From assembly GCF_000142905.1 (NCBI RefSeq), contig NW_013657644.1:66285-114139 (forward strand): a stretch of DNA of 47,855 nucleotides, in the 5' to 3' direction. A model generated the notes under the pieces. That model was not told where the DNA came from. It was given only the letters and a program-made list of their open reading frames with translations, and ran no database searches. The stretch is from Thecamonas trahens ATCC 50062 (Eukaryota; Protista; Apusomonadida). Shown here piece by piece: positions 1 to 10,241 of the stretch (position 1 is its first letter; each line of letters begins with the position of its first letter). The position numbers and the translations under genes are program-made.

Positions 1-88
1 ACACACACTCGCCACTCCCCCCCGCCCCCCCCACCCCCCACCCACCACCACCACCACCACCACAGCCAATCGCACCACATACAAACAG

Positions 89-805
89 ATGGCTACATCA
101 CAGTCTGCGCACACACCATCGCGCCGCCTCAAGCCGGCTACGTCCACATCGCAGCCGTGGGCTGATGTGGAAGCAAGGCTCCACGCCCGCGCCCACACCA
201 GAAGAACGCAGCTTCTTGGATCCGAGGCTGCTCGTGACAGGCAGGATGCCGCCGCCGATGGCGCTCTACTTACAAGTCAAGAGCGGCAAGCTGCTGCCCT
301 GCTCCAGGCTCAGCGCTCTGCCGCTGAATCGCTCGACATCGGCGCCGAAACCCTCGCCGAGCTCCACGCCCAGCGCGCAGTCCTCGCCCGCGCTGCCCGC
401 AATCTCGATCGTATCGACGAGCACACTCACGAGTCACGCCGTCTGCTCAACACCATCGGCTCGTGGTTTGGTGGCATCAAGAACATGTTTGTTCGCCGCC
501 GCAAGCCGCTCGCCCGCCCGGATCGCCCGCCTCTCGCCACCATCGATCCCATTGCCTCTCCCGCCGGCTCGACCCGGGCCGCTGCCGGCTCTTCCCACCA
601 AGCTCCGCTAGGAACATCAGCTGGCACAGCTGACGACGACCTTGACTCACTCGCAGCTTCGATCGCTGGCATGAAGGCGATGGCCCTCGAGATGAACACT
701 GAGCTCGATGATCAGAACAAGCTCCTCGACGACATCGCCTACGGCGTCGACGCCGTCAGTCCCAAGATCCGCAACTGCACCCGGCGTGCCATCCGCTACA
801 CCTGA
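89..805 (+). CDS. SNAP25/SNAP29-family Qbc-SNARE
   Basis: Two SNARE heptad motifs with zero-layer Gln (ETLAELHAQRAVL; EMNTELDDQNKLLDDI) and no TM segment. The 'WFGGIKNMF' segment after Qb resembles SNAP29-type proteins. Confidence 0.85.
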   Translation: MATSQSAHTPSRRLKPATSTSQPWADVEARLHARAHTRRTQLLGSEAARDRQDAAADGALLTSQERQAAALLQAQRSAAESLDIGAETLAELHAQRAVLARAARNLDRIDEHTHESRRLLNTIGSWFGGIKNMFVRRRKPLARPDRPPLATIDPIASPAGSTRAAAGSSHQAPLGTSAGTADDDLDSLAASIAGMKAMALEMNTELDDQNKLLDDIAYGVDAVSPKIRNCTRRAIRYT

Positions 806-1159
806 ACATGACCAACACCACACAAAGGCACATCACATCGTCAGCACACATCAGCACGAAGCACATCATCGTCGCATGACCTGCGCCAAACGCCTCGATC
901 ATTGTCCCACACAGGCATCCCTCCCGAAACCACCGACATGCCCGCATCAACAACCACAGCAACGGCACCACCTGCACCACCTGCACCACCACCATCGCCA
1001 CCATCGCCACCATCCCCCCCCTTTCCCTCATCTCCCTCCCCATGCCCTTGAAGGTGCGGGAGCCAACATCAGTCGCCCATTCACTGATCAATCACTGCCA
1101 CCCTCCTCCCCCCCTCTCCGACCCTCCCCACCCGTCTCTCCTCGCACTACCACATCGGC

Positions 1160-3256
1160 ATGCCTACTGACAACGTACAGGTACTTCTACGCATTAGGCC
1201 ACTTGCTAGCGCATGCGGTAGCACCCTGACGGTGAGTGGAGAGCCTGCCCGTCTTCCTGGTGAAGACAAAGCGATTCAAACTTTTGCAAAGTCCGTTACC
1301 CTCCGCCTCGCCCTCCCGGGCACCGTCATACCGCCATCGCCTCTGGCTCTGACTCCTGGTGTGGGTACTACTCAGGCTTCCGACTCGCCTGCACGACCCG
1401 CTGTCAGGCCTTCAACTCCTGCTCGTCGCCGCGGTCATCGGAGGACGCTGTCGACTCCGACAAGGCTGCCTTCCTCCCCGCCGCCGGGCATCTCCGGGCC
1501 GCTCCCGGCGCAGCGTCAGACGCCAAGGATGTCGCGCACGGCGCGGGCCTTTGAGTTTGACGCTGTCCTCGATGAGAACGCCTCGCAAGACAATGTTTAC
1601 TCCCTTGTTGCCCCGTATGTCGCCTCGGTTGTCCGCGATGGCTTCAACGCCACCGTCATGGCTTACGGCCAGACCGGTTCTGGCAAGACCCACACCATGA
1701 TGGGCTCGTCGGCCGCTCCGGGCGTCATCCCACGCGCCATCGACGCGCTCTACGCCCTCATCGAGCAGAGCCCCGAGACAACCTTTATGCTCGACGTCTC
1801 GTTTGTCGAGCTTTACAACGAGAACTTTTTCGATCTGCTCCACCCAGATGGGCCCGAGGCCGCGGCGGCGTCGGGCGACAAGATCGCTGTCCGTGAGGCT
1901 GCCGACAAGTCGACCTTCCTCGCTGTCCGCGATGCATCGGGCCGCTGGGCGGGCAAGTTGCGGACTCCTGTTGCCTCACGCGAGCAGCTCCTCCAGCTGC
2001 TCCACGACGGCATGGCCCGCCGGCGGGTCATGTCCACGCTCATGAACTCGTCGTCATCGCGCTCGCACGCCCTCTTCTCCATCTACGTCGAGTCGTCCGG
2101 CCCGGCTGGTGCCCGTGCCGCCACCCTCCATCTAGTGGACCTAGCCGGAGCCGAGAGCATCAAGGCCTCCGGCGTGACGGGTGTCCACGCTAAGGAGGCG
2201 ACGTCGATCAACAAGTCTCTCTCTGCTCTTGGCGACGTTCTCGCGCACCTCTCAACCGCCCGCCGCACGTCGTCCTCGGCGCCTTACCGCAACTCGCCGC
2301 TCACCTTTTTCCTCCGCGACTCGCTCGGCGGCTCGGCCAAGACCCTGCTCATTGCCACCGTCCGCCAGGAACTCGCGTGCGGGCCGCAGACCAAGTCGGT
2401 CCTGGTCTGGGCCGCCCGCGCCCGCCAAATCTGCAACAAGCCCGTGGTCCATGCTCAGGGCGCCGGCGACTCGCGGATCCGGGCGCTCGAGGCGCAGCTT
2501 GCCCGCAACAACGCTCGCGCTGCCGAGCGCATCTCGCAGCTCGAAGCACTCCTCGCGTCGCGGCCCGACCCGGACGCCTCGTTCAACATGTCGTTTACCG
2601 CCTCGCTCGACGAGCTCGAGGCCGAGAAGCAGCGCGAGGCCGCCGAACGCGAGGCCCTCGAGGCAAAGCTTGCCTTTCTCATCAACGCCCACAACGATGA
2701 GCGTGCCGCCCAGGATGCACGTGTCGCCTCGCTCGAGGCCAAGCTCTCGGCAACCGCTTCCGACCTGAAGACCTCGGAGCAGCGAACGGCCGAGGCGCTT
2801 GCTAATCTTGAGGCTGTCACCGCCTCGCTCAACATCAACAAGGCCGAGGCCGAGGACCATGCCGCCAAGATCCAGGCGCTCACTCGCCAGTGGTGCGACC
2901 ACTCGCGCCTGGCCCAGAAGGAGAGCGCGTCGCTCAAGGCTCGCCTCAAGCGTGAGCACAAGAAGCGCAGAGCCGCCGAGGCCGCCGCTGCTGCCGCCGC
3001 CGCCTCCAACGACACCCTTGCAGCCGAGCTGGCCACTCTCCGCGGCCAGCTCTCCGAGGCGAACGCCCAGGTGAGCTCGGCGTTTGGCCAGATCTCGCGG
3101 CTGCTCGTGAGCGCCAACAAGGCGCAGGCATCCAAGGACTCCCGCATTGCTGAGCTTGAAGCGCTCAACGCCCGCCTCGAGGCCCAGCTCTCGTCCAAGG
3201 ACGTGCCTAGCTCGACGCCTGCCCGTCCGCGCTACCCGCTCGCCGAAGTCAATTGA
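1160..3256 (+). CDS. N-terminal motor kinesin with C-terminal coiled coil (divergent)
   Basis: NVQVLLRIRP, FEFDAV, P-loop GQTGSGKT, switch I SSRSH, switch II DLAGAE, INKSL, PYRNSPLT, DSLGG; heptad-rich tail. Confidence 0.95.
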   Translation: MPTDNVQVLLRIRPLASACGSTLTVSGEPARLPGEDKAIQTFAKSVTLRLALPGTVIPPSPLALTPGVGTTQASDSPARPAVRPSTPARRRGHRRTLSTPTRLPSSPPPGISGPLPAQRQTPRMSRTARAFEFDAVLDENASQDNVYSLVAPYVASVVRDGFNATVMAYGQTGSGKTHTMMGSSAAPGVIPRAIDALYALIEQSPETTFMLDVSFVELYNENFFDLLHPDGPEAAAASGDKIAVREAADKSTFLAVRDASGRWAGKLRTPVASREQLLQLLHDGMARRRVMSTLMNSSSSRSHALFSIYVESSGPAGARAATLHLVDLAGAESIKASGVTGVHAKEATSINKSLSALGDVLAHLSTARRTSSSAPYRNSPLTFFLRDSLGGSAKTLLIATVRQELACGPQTKSVLVWAARARQICNKPVVHAQGAGDSRIRALEAQLARNNARAAERISQLEALLASRPDPDASFNMSFTASLDELEAEKQREAAEREALEAKLAFLINAHNDERAAQDARVASLEAKLSATASDLKTSEQRTAEALANLEAVTASLNINKAEAEDHAAKIQALTRQWCDHSRLAQKESASLKARLKREHKKRRAAEAAAAAAAASNDTLAAELATLRGQLSEANAQVSSAFGQISRLLVSANKAQASKDSRIAELEALNARLEAQLSSKDVPSSTPARPRYPLAEVN

Positions 3257-4667
3257 CGCCGTTTACCTTGCACATCGCCGCCGCTGCCTCAGGCGTCAGC
3301 CCGGCTAGCTCGGTGAGAACCTCCATCGTGGCGCCGCTGTACCGTGGCCGCGACGGGAGCGTCATCCGGACCTTGTGGCCTGCGGGGGGAGCCGCGGCGT
3401 CACGGGCCGCAAGCGTCGGCGCAGGCAGCGGCATGACCGCCTGCGGCTCGTCGCCGAACCGGCCGCCCGGTGGGTTGGCGACAACCTCGTTGAGCGGCAC
3501 CACTCGCGAGACGCACGCGTCCGAGCCGGCAAACACGGCGTCCCATTCGGCGGCGGTCCGCGAGGCAAACGCCGAGGTGAGCGCCGCCCGGAGCGCCGGC
3601 CAGCTCTTGGCCTTGTATTGCGCAGCTGGCTCAACGTCGAGGCCGAGCAGCGCGACGGCTTCGGCAAAGAACTTGGGCTCGATTGCGCCGAGTGCCATGT
3701 ACTCTCCGTCAGCGGTTTGGTAGGTGTCGTAAAACGGGGCCCCCGAGTCAAGAAGATTAGTGCCCGGGCGCGACGGCGCGTACCCACCGGCCTGCGCCAT
3801 GGCGTAGAGGAACGAGCCGATGTACGCCGAACCACTGACCATGTTCGCGTCAACAATCGAGCCGGCTCCGGTCCCACCGGGCGCATCGCGGGCATGCAGC
3901 GCGAGGACGATGCCAAACGCGCACGAGAACGCACCGCCGGCCATGTCGCCGAGCAAGTTGATGGGCGGCGTGGGGGGGGTTGGATGCGGCAGGGCACGGG
4001 CAAAGCATGAGAGCAAGCCGGTTGCGGCCACGTAGTTGATGTCGTGCCCGGCAGCCGTCGCTTCCTCCCCAACCTGCCCGTAGCCGGTCATCCGCGCGTA
4101 GACTAGCCGCGGATTGACCTCTTCACCCATCAGCACTTCTGGCCCGAGCCCTAGCGACTCCATCACACCAGCACGGAACGGCTCGATGACCACGTCCGCG
4201 CTCTGCGCCAGCGCCTTGAACGCTTCCACCTGCTTCGGCACCTTGAGATCGAGGACCACCGACTCTTTACCGCGCGACGTCAGCGTTGTCCCCATGTGTG
4301 GCTCGTGATCGATTGCGTCCGTCTCACCCGCCCGACTGCTCCCGCTTCCCGTCCCGTCGCCGTCGCCTGCATCGCCCGTCGTCTGTGCCGCAGCCGCCGG
4401 CGGCCGATCAATGCGGATGACTCGGGCGCCAAAGTCGGCCAGGACCATGCCGGCCATTGGCGCAGCCGCCAGCCCCTCCAGCTCGAGCACAGTGACGCCG
4501 GCCAGCGGCTGGGCCCGCGCCTCCCACCCCCCACCGCCTTCGCCTGCATCCGCTGCGACACTGCCGGCACAGACACCGCTGCTGGCGCGCACAGACTGCG
4601 CCAAGCCTCCCCATCCGGCTCCCCGCATGGCGAGTCGGACGGTCTTTCGCGAGAAGGCAACCAACAT
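3249..4667 (-). CDS. AMACR: Alpha-methylacyl-CoA racemase (CaiB/BaiF, CoA-transferase family III)
   Basis: PLAGVTVLEL, LADFGARVIRID, RGKESVVLDLK, DVVIEPFRAG, catalytic GHDINY and NLLGDMAGG, NLLDSGAPFYDTY. The first in-frame ATG is 4667 (MLVAFSRKTVRLAMR); 4628 is an alternative. Confidence 0.9.
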   Translation of the reverse strand: MLVAFSRKTVRLAMRGAGWGGLAQSVRASSGVCAGSVAADAGEGGGGWEARAQPLAGVTVLELEGLAAAPMAGMVLADFGARVIRIDRPPAAAAQTTGDAGDGDGTGSGSSRAGETDAIDHEPHMGTTLTSRGKESVVLDLKVPKQVEAFKALAQSADVVIEPFRAGVMESLGLGPEVLMGEEVNPRLVYARMTGYGQVGEEATAAGHDINYVAATGLLSCFARALPHPTPPTPPINLLGDMAGGAFSCAFGIVLALHARDAPGGTGAGSIVDANMVSGSAYIGSFLYAMAQAGGYAPSRPGTNLLDSGAPFYDTYQTADGEYMALGAIEPKFFAEAVALLGLDVEPAAQYKAKSWPALRAALTSAFASRTAAEWDAVFAGSDACVSRVVPLNEVVANPPGGRFGDEPQAVMPLPAPTLAARDAAAPPAGHKVRMTLPSRPRYSGATMEVLTELAGLTPEAAAAMCKVNGVN

Positions 4668-4741
4668 GCCTTGGAATAAAGTCAAGTGTGCTACTCCGAC
4701 ACGCCGCCGCGTGCTGGACGGCTCGGCGGCAACACACGGGT

Positions 4742-5135
4742 TTACTGCTGCGCCTTGAGCGCGTCGGCTTGCAGGCTCATTGAGGTCTCGTGGACAGCCT
4801 CGGCGGCCGCTGTGGCTGCAGCTGTTGCGACCGGGGCAGGCGCGGTTGTGTCGCCAGACTCACTGGAGCCGGCGTCGCTGCGCGTTGGTGCGGTGCCGTT
4901 CGCGCTACCGCCGGGCTGCTGCTGGTGTGCCAGATGAGCACGGGCTTGGGCCATGGCGACGGCCTGGGCCTGGGCCTGGGCCGTAAACTGGGCCTGATGC
5001 TGGTGCATCATGTGCTGCTGGAACGACCAGAGCGACATGGCCTGGTTGGCGGCCTGGATGGCTTGCGAGGCGTGCGCCGAGGCGCTGGCCATGGTAGCCG
5101 CGGGTTCCTCGGCTGCGGGCTGGGACTGCTGCTGG

Positions 5136-5203
<68 letters not shown>

Positions 5204-7416
5204 AGGCTGCTGAGTGGCAGTCTTGTCGTTGCTGCCGTCTGCGGCGACAGGCTGCTGGGCAGCAGGCGGCTGGGCCTGGGCCTGACCGGGAGCAGCCTGT
5301 ACATGGTACATGTGCGAGTATGCCGACTGGACGTAGTGCTGGGCCTGCAGGACCTGGACGTGTGCTGAGGTTGCGGTGCGGGCCTGGCGCTGGGCCACGT
5401 CGTTCATCCACATCTGGCGTTCGGCGGCGTCGGGCCCGTCCCATGCGCCCATCTCCGACTCGGCGAGCTGGAGGTAGTGCCGGTAGTAGGCGTGCTCCAA
5501 GGCAGTTTGGAGCATCATGCCGTTGGCCGAGGCCAGCGCCAGGGCATAGAGGCCGAGATCCTGCGTAATTGCTGCTGCTGCTGCTGCTGCTGCTGCTGAG
5601 GCTGCTGAGTGGCAGTCTTGTCGTTGCTGCCGTCTGCGGCGACAGGCTGCTGGGCAGCAGGCGGCTGGGCCTGGGCCTGACCGGGAGCAGCCTGTACATG
5701 GTACATGTGCGAGTATGCCGACTGGACGTAGTGCTGGGCCTGCAGGACCTGGACGTGTGCTGAGGTTGCGGTGCGGGCCTGGCGCTGGGCCACGTCGTTC
5801 ATCCACATCTGGCGTTCGGCGGCGTCGGGCCCGTCCCATGCGCCCATCTCCGACTCGGCGAGCTGGAGGTAGTGCCGGTAGTAGGCGTGCTCCAAGGCAG
5901 TTTGGAGCATCATGCCGTTGGCCGAGGCCAGCGCCAGGGCATAGTTGTGGATGACGGCGAAAAAGGTAGCTGAGCCCGGCTGGCCCTGCACGCTGGCGGT
6001 CGGTGGCGGATAGCCCGCCGCCGCCGCCGCCGCCGATGCCGCCATCATGGCTTCCTCCGACGAGCCGGTCGACGAGACCGAGCCCATCGACGACGACCGA
6101 TCACGGGTGCCTGTGAGCCCGCCGCCGCCCATGTAGTATCCGCCGCCACCTCCTGCCATCATGTCGGGCGCCATCATGCCGGGCCCCGCCATGCCGGCCA
6201 TCGGCGGCGGGTACGAGTAGAACACAGCGCCGCCGCCGCGCTGATGCGGGACGCCCGGGTAGCCGTACGGAGGAGGATAGTACTGCGCACCGCCGTGGCC
6301 GTGTCCGTGGCCGTGGCCGCGGCCGGGGCCTGCGCTGTACCGGCTCCCGCCCGAGCCGCGGCGCCGCGGCTGCCGCCGCGGCCGGGCCATGGCCACGTTG
6401 ATGACCGCCCCGTTGAGCTGCGACTTGTCGAGCGCGGCGATGGCTGTGGCGCACGACGCCGGCGAGCGGAACTCGACAAAGCCAAAGCCACGCGACGAGC
6501 CGTCGGTGTCGTACACCACCGTGGCCTTGATCACCTCTCCGTGCGCTGCAAAGTGGTGGCGCAGGTTGTACTCGTTGGTTGCCGGATCCAGATGCGCCAC
6601 ATACAGCGTCTTGTTAGGCGGCCGCGTGGGATCAAACGGCTCCGGCTCCGACTCGGCCCGGTGCCGCCGCCCGCTGCCGGCGCTGCTTGCCCGCGGCTGC
6701 GCCCACGAAACGTGTAGGATCGAGTCGTGGATGACAAAGTCGTTGGTGAGCACGTCGCGCGCAAGGACCGCGTCGTCAAACGAGGCAAACTTGACAAAGC
6801 AAAATCCGCGCGATGCGCCGGTCACCGCGTCCCGCTTCAGCGCCAGCGACACAATCCGCGGCACCACCGCGGCCTGGAGCGTGTCAAACAGCTCGTCCTC
6901 ACCCACAGCCACCGGAATCTTCGACACAAAGAGCGTGTCCTTGGACTCGGAGTGCCCCGTCCGCGTCTGCCGCTCGCGAATAACCGGTGCCGGCCCGGCC
7001 AGCGCCGCCTCCTGCCCGGCCCGCGTCTCAAACATCACAAATCCGTAGCCACGGCAGAGGCCCGACTCGGAGTCGCGAACCACGTTGCATCCGACCACGT
7101 TGCCAAATGACGCAAACGCTTGGCGGACCTCGTCCTCAGTCACGGCCGACACTAGATCGCCCACAAAGATCTTGTACGTCCGCGCCGGCCTTGGCCGCGC
7201 TTCGCGCTCCGCACGCCCATTGCTGGCTCCCTCGCTGCTCCCGGTTGCAAGCCCGTTGCCACTGCTCGCCACACCCGCACCTCCTGCACCGGACCCGGGT
7301 GCACCGGCCTCGACTCCACCAGCTTCAGCTGCTCCGGCCGCTTCTGCCATTTCCGCCATCCCCGTCATCCCCGTCGGTGTCTGCCCAGCTGGCGGACTTG
7401 AAGTCGCTGTCGCCAT
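4742..7416 (-). CDS. Three-RRM RNA-binding protein with Q/A/M/Y-rich low-complexity C-terminus; frame broken by an internal 395-bp duplication
   Basis: RNP2/RNP1 pairs KIFVGDL/RGYGFVMF, TLFVSKI/RGFCFVKF and TLYVAHL/RGFGFVEF. ORFs 5515-7485 and 4742-5839 join into one frame if one repeat unit is removed. The start is uncertain (first ATG 7416). Confidence 0.8.
5138..5203. repeat. (CTG)n/(CAG)n microsatellite encoding polyglutamine
   Basis: Uninterrupted ctg run of roughly 20 units seen directly. Confidence 0.95.
5176..5944. repeat. Tandem direct duplication of about 374 bp (period 395) with a 21-nt unique spacer at 5550-5570
   Basis: 5176-5549 and 5571-5944 appear identical by eye; both end in gccagggcatag. 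Confidence 0.9.
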
Positions 7417-7508
7417 CACCTGTGTTGTCCTCGTCGCTGTTGCGTCTGCGCTGCCTCTCACACTCGAAGCCCACCTGCGTGGCACAGCCTACCCACCCAC
7501 CAGCATGA

Positions 7509-7560
7509 AGAGAGAGAGAGAGAGAGAGAGAGTGTGTGTGTGTGTGTGAGTGTGAGTGTG
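7509..7560. repeat. (GA)n(GT)n compound microsatellite
   Basis: agagagag...gtgtgtgt seen directly. Confidence 0.9.
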
Positions 7561-7730
7561 CGTGGTTATGTATGGACCACAAATAGCCACCGAGTCGAGA
7601 CGACGACCACCACAAACAGTCTCAGGTCGCACCGCAACGCATAGCAGACCCGACGGAAAGTGTTCGTGACGCGACAGGAGGGGGGAGGGGGGGGAGGGGG
7701 AGGGTGGGGAAGGGTAGGGTAGTTGAACTA

Positions 7731-7979
7731 NNNNNNNNNNNNNNNNNNNNNNNNNNNNNNNNNNNNNNNNNNNNNNNNNNNNNNNNNNNNNNNNNNNNNN
7801 NNNNNNNNNNNNNNNNNNNNNNNNNNNNNNNNNNNNNNNNNNNNNNNNNNNNNNNNNNNNNNNNNNNNNNNNNNNNNNNNNNNNNNNNNNNNNNNNNNNN
7901 NNNNNNNNNNNNNNNNNNNNNNNNNNNNNNNNNNNNNNNNNNNNNNNNNNNNNNNNNNNNNNNNNNNNNNNNNNNNNNN
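7731..7979. other. Assembly gap (N run)
   Basis: N characters. Confidence 1.
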
Positions 7980-8065
7980 CCCATCCCCCATCCCCATCCC
8001 CTCTCCCAAGCCACCAAACGATCCCAACCGTTAGCCACCTCACCCTCCCCTCCTCCCTCCCTGTC

Positions 8066-10221
8066 ATGGATGGCGAGCCCGAGGCCGAGACGGCAGGTCT
8101 GCCACTGCCACCAGGGCCTCTGGCCACATCAGACGAACTACGGGATGCTGTACTGGCTGCCCGGGCGGCGGCTCGTGTCCACCACACCCGCGCTCAAGTC
8201 CTGGACGACGAGGTAGAGCGGCTGAAGGCCGAGCTGGCGGCAGCCGTCACGACCGACAAGTTGTCGGCAGAGCGCCTGGCTGCTGCAGAGAGCCGCATCG
8301 ATGAGCTGGAAAAGCAGCTCAATCGGAGATTGTCTCGGAACTCACGGCGATCAGCTCCGTCACCGAGTGCTGGTGAGCCCGATCTTGTCGCCTACCGGTC
8401 CGACTACTCTACCAACGCCGTCCTTGCTACCCTCCCTCCCGAGCTTGATCGGGACTCGGCACCCGAGTCCATCTCGCGGCGCGAGGCCGCTGAGGCTGCT
8501 ATTGAGGCTGCTGCCAAGGCGGCGGCCCGTGAAAAGCACCTTGTCGACGCGCTCGACGCCGCAAATGCCCGCATCGCTGAGCTGCAGCTCCAGCGTGACA
8601 CCGCCGTCGAGGATCGCATGGTGGCCCAGGCCATGACCCGCTCCGCCATGGACCAAGCCAACGCCTCCGCCAAGGTCGCCGCTGAGCTCCGCGACAAGCT
8701 CAACGCCGCCGTCGACACTGCCACCGCCTCGCCGTCGCCGCCATCTCTCCGCAGCGCCACCCTCTCCACCCACTCGCTCTCACCGGCCGCTGGCCCGGAC
8801 GTCGCCGCTGCTCTCGCCGCTGCCCGCTCCGGCTCGCCACGCCCGCCATCGCGCCTCGGCTCGTCGCCGCTGAACTCCTCCTCGCGCCTCTCAGACGACG
8901 GCTCGTCGCCACCGCACCCGCCGCGCGTCCGCTCACGCTCTTCGCGCTCGCAGTACCTTGCCGCCGTCAAGCCGACAGCCAACGAGAGCCTCACTGCGTC
9001 GCCGCCCCGGACCGCCGCCGCCCGCTCAACACTTGCTGCCTCGCGATCTGCCCGCGCCAGCCTCTGCTCGGCCTCGCGCTCCGACTCTGACGAGAGCGAT
9101 GCGGGCGACGCCGACTCGCTCGTCTCGGAACTCGTCGCCGAAGTCAACTGCGAGATGGAGCTTCAGTTTGCCATGGACGAGCGCCACACTGCCGTGGTCT
9201 CTCGCCTCGCAGACAAGTGCCGCGCCATGGCTTCTGACTACGACGAGTCTCGCCGCGTTCTCCAGGCCGAGATCAACCGGCTCACCGCCGTCGTCACCGC
9301 GCTCGAGATGCAGCAGCCGGTTTTTGGCGTCGTCGCCATCAACGGCTCATCCTCGCTTCCATTCCAGCTGACAGAGACCTACGAGAACACGTTTCTCATC
9401 CAGTTTGTCGCCCGCCCGGGCCTACTACCGTCCTTGTCACCAACGCTGCGGCCCGAACGCCGGCTCTAGACTCGCCGTCGCGCTCTCTCTCGCGCTTCAA
9501 CTCGGCTGTCGCCTCGATGACCTCGCTCTCTGCCTCGGTCAATGCCACAGACGACGCATTGGACTGCGCCTCGCTCTCGCCCTCGCCGCGTCGCACCCTC
9601 TCTCACCATCCGTCAGCTGTCTCGGAGCTCTCACTCGTCTCTTCGGTCGCCTCCCGCGGCTCGGGCTACTCGAGCCACCGCGTCACAGACCTCGGCATCG
9701 CGCCGCCGGCCATTACAGACCCGTCGATCGCCGCCGCAAAAGCCCGCGCCGCCGCTGCCACCATCCGCCCGCGCCTCGGCCTCGCTATCTGCCCCACCTC
9801 CAACCTTCACATCGGCGTCGAGATCGCAGACATCGAGCCCAACGGGCCTGCCCAAGCCGCCGGCCTCCGCATCGGCGACATCATCGTCGCCCTCGGTGGC
9901 GCAGATGTCAACTCGCCAGCCGCCTTTCGCGCTGTTGTCGTCGCTCTTGCCACCCCGCGCACTCGCCTTGCCGTCAAGTACGTCCGCGATGCCTCGTCCG
10001 TCGCTACCACCACGATCGTGGCTCTCCCTGCCAAACCCAAGCGCTCTGCTCGCTCGCTCTCGTCGGCCTTTTCCGACTCCATCTCCCGCACACCCTCGCT
10101 CGTCGCCCTCAACCACATGTCCCCCGAGCAGCGCGCCGCCCTCGACGCTGCCCGCGCCCGCCACGGCGCCGACAGCATCTCGGTCACAGAGGCGCTGCTT
10201 GAGGCTGAAGGCCTCCGGTAA
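8066..10221 (+). CDS. Coiled-coil protein with C-terminal PDZ domain (one apparent frameshift near 9418)
   Basis: ORF 8066-9469 has heptad repeats. The frame of ORF 9517-10221 is open from at least 9418 (GPTTVLVTNAAART) and encodes a PDZ-like sequence (RLGLAI..VEIADIEPNGPAQAAGLRIGDIIVALGG..LAVKYVR). Confidence 0.7.
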
Positions 10222-10241
10222 AGACCACAACCACCTTTAAT

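Noticed and set aside
708-1229. His/Pro-rich ORF between the SNARE and the kinesin
   Set aside because: Translation of CAC/CAT-rich intergenic low-complexity sequence that overlaps both flanking genes.
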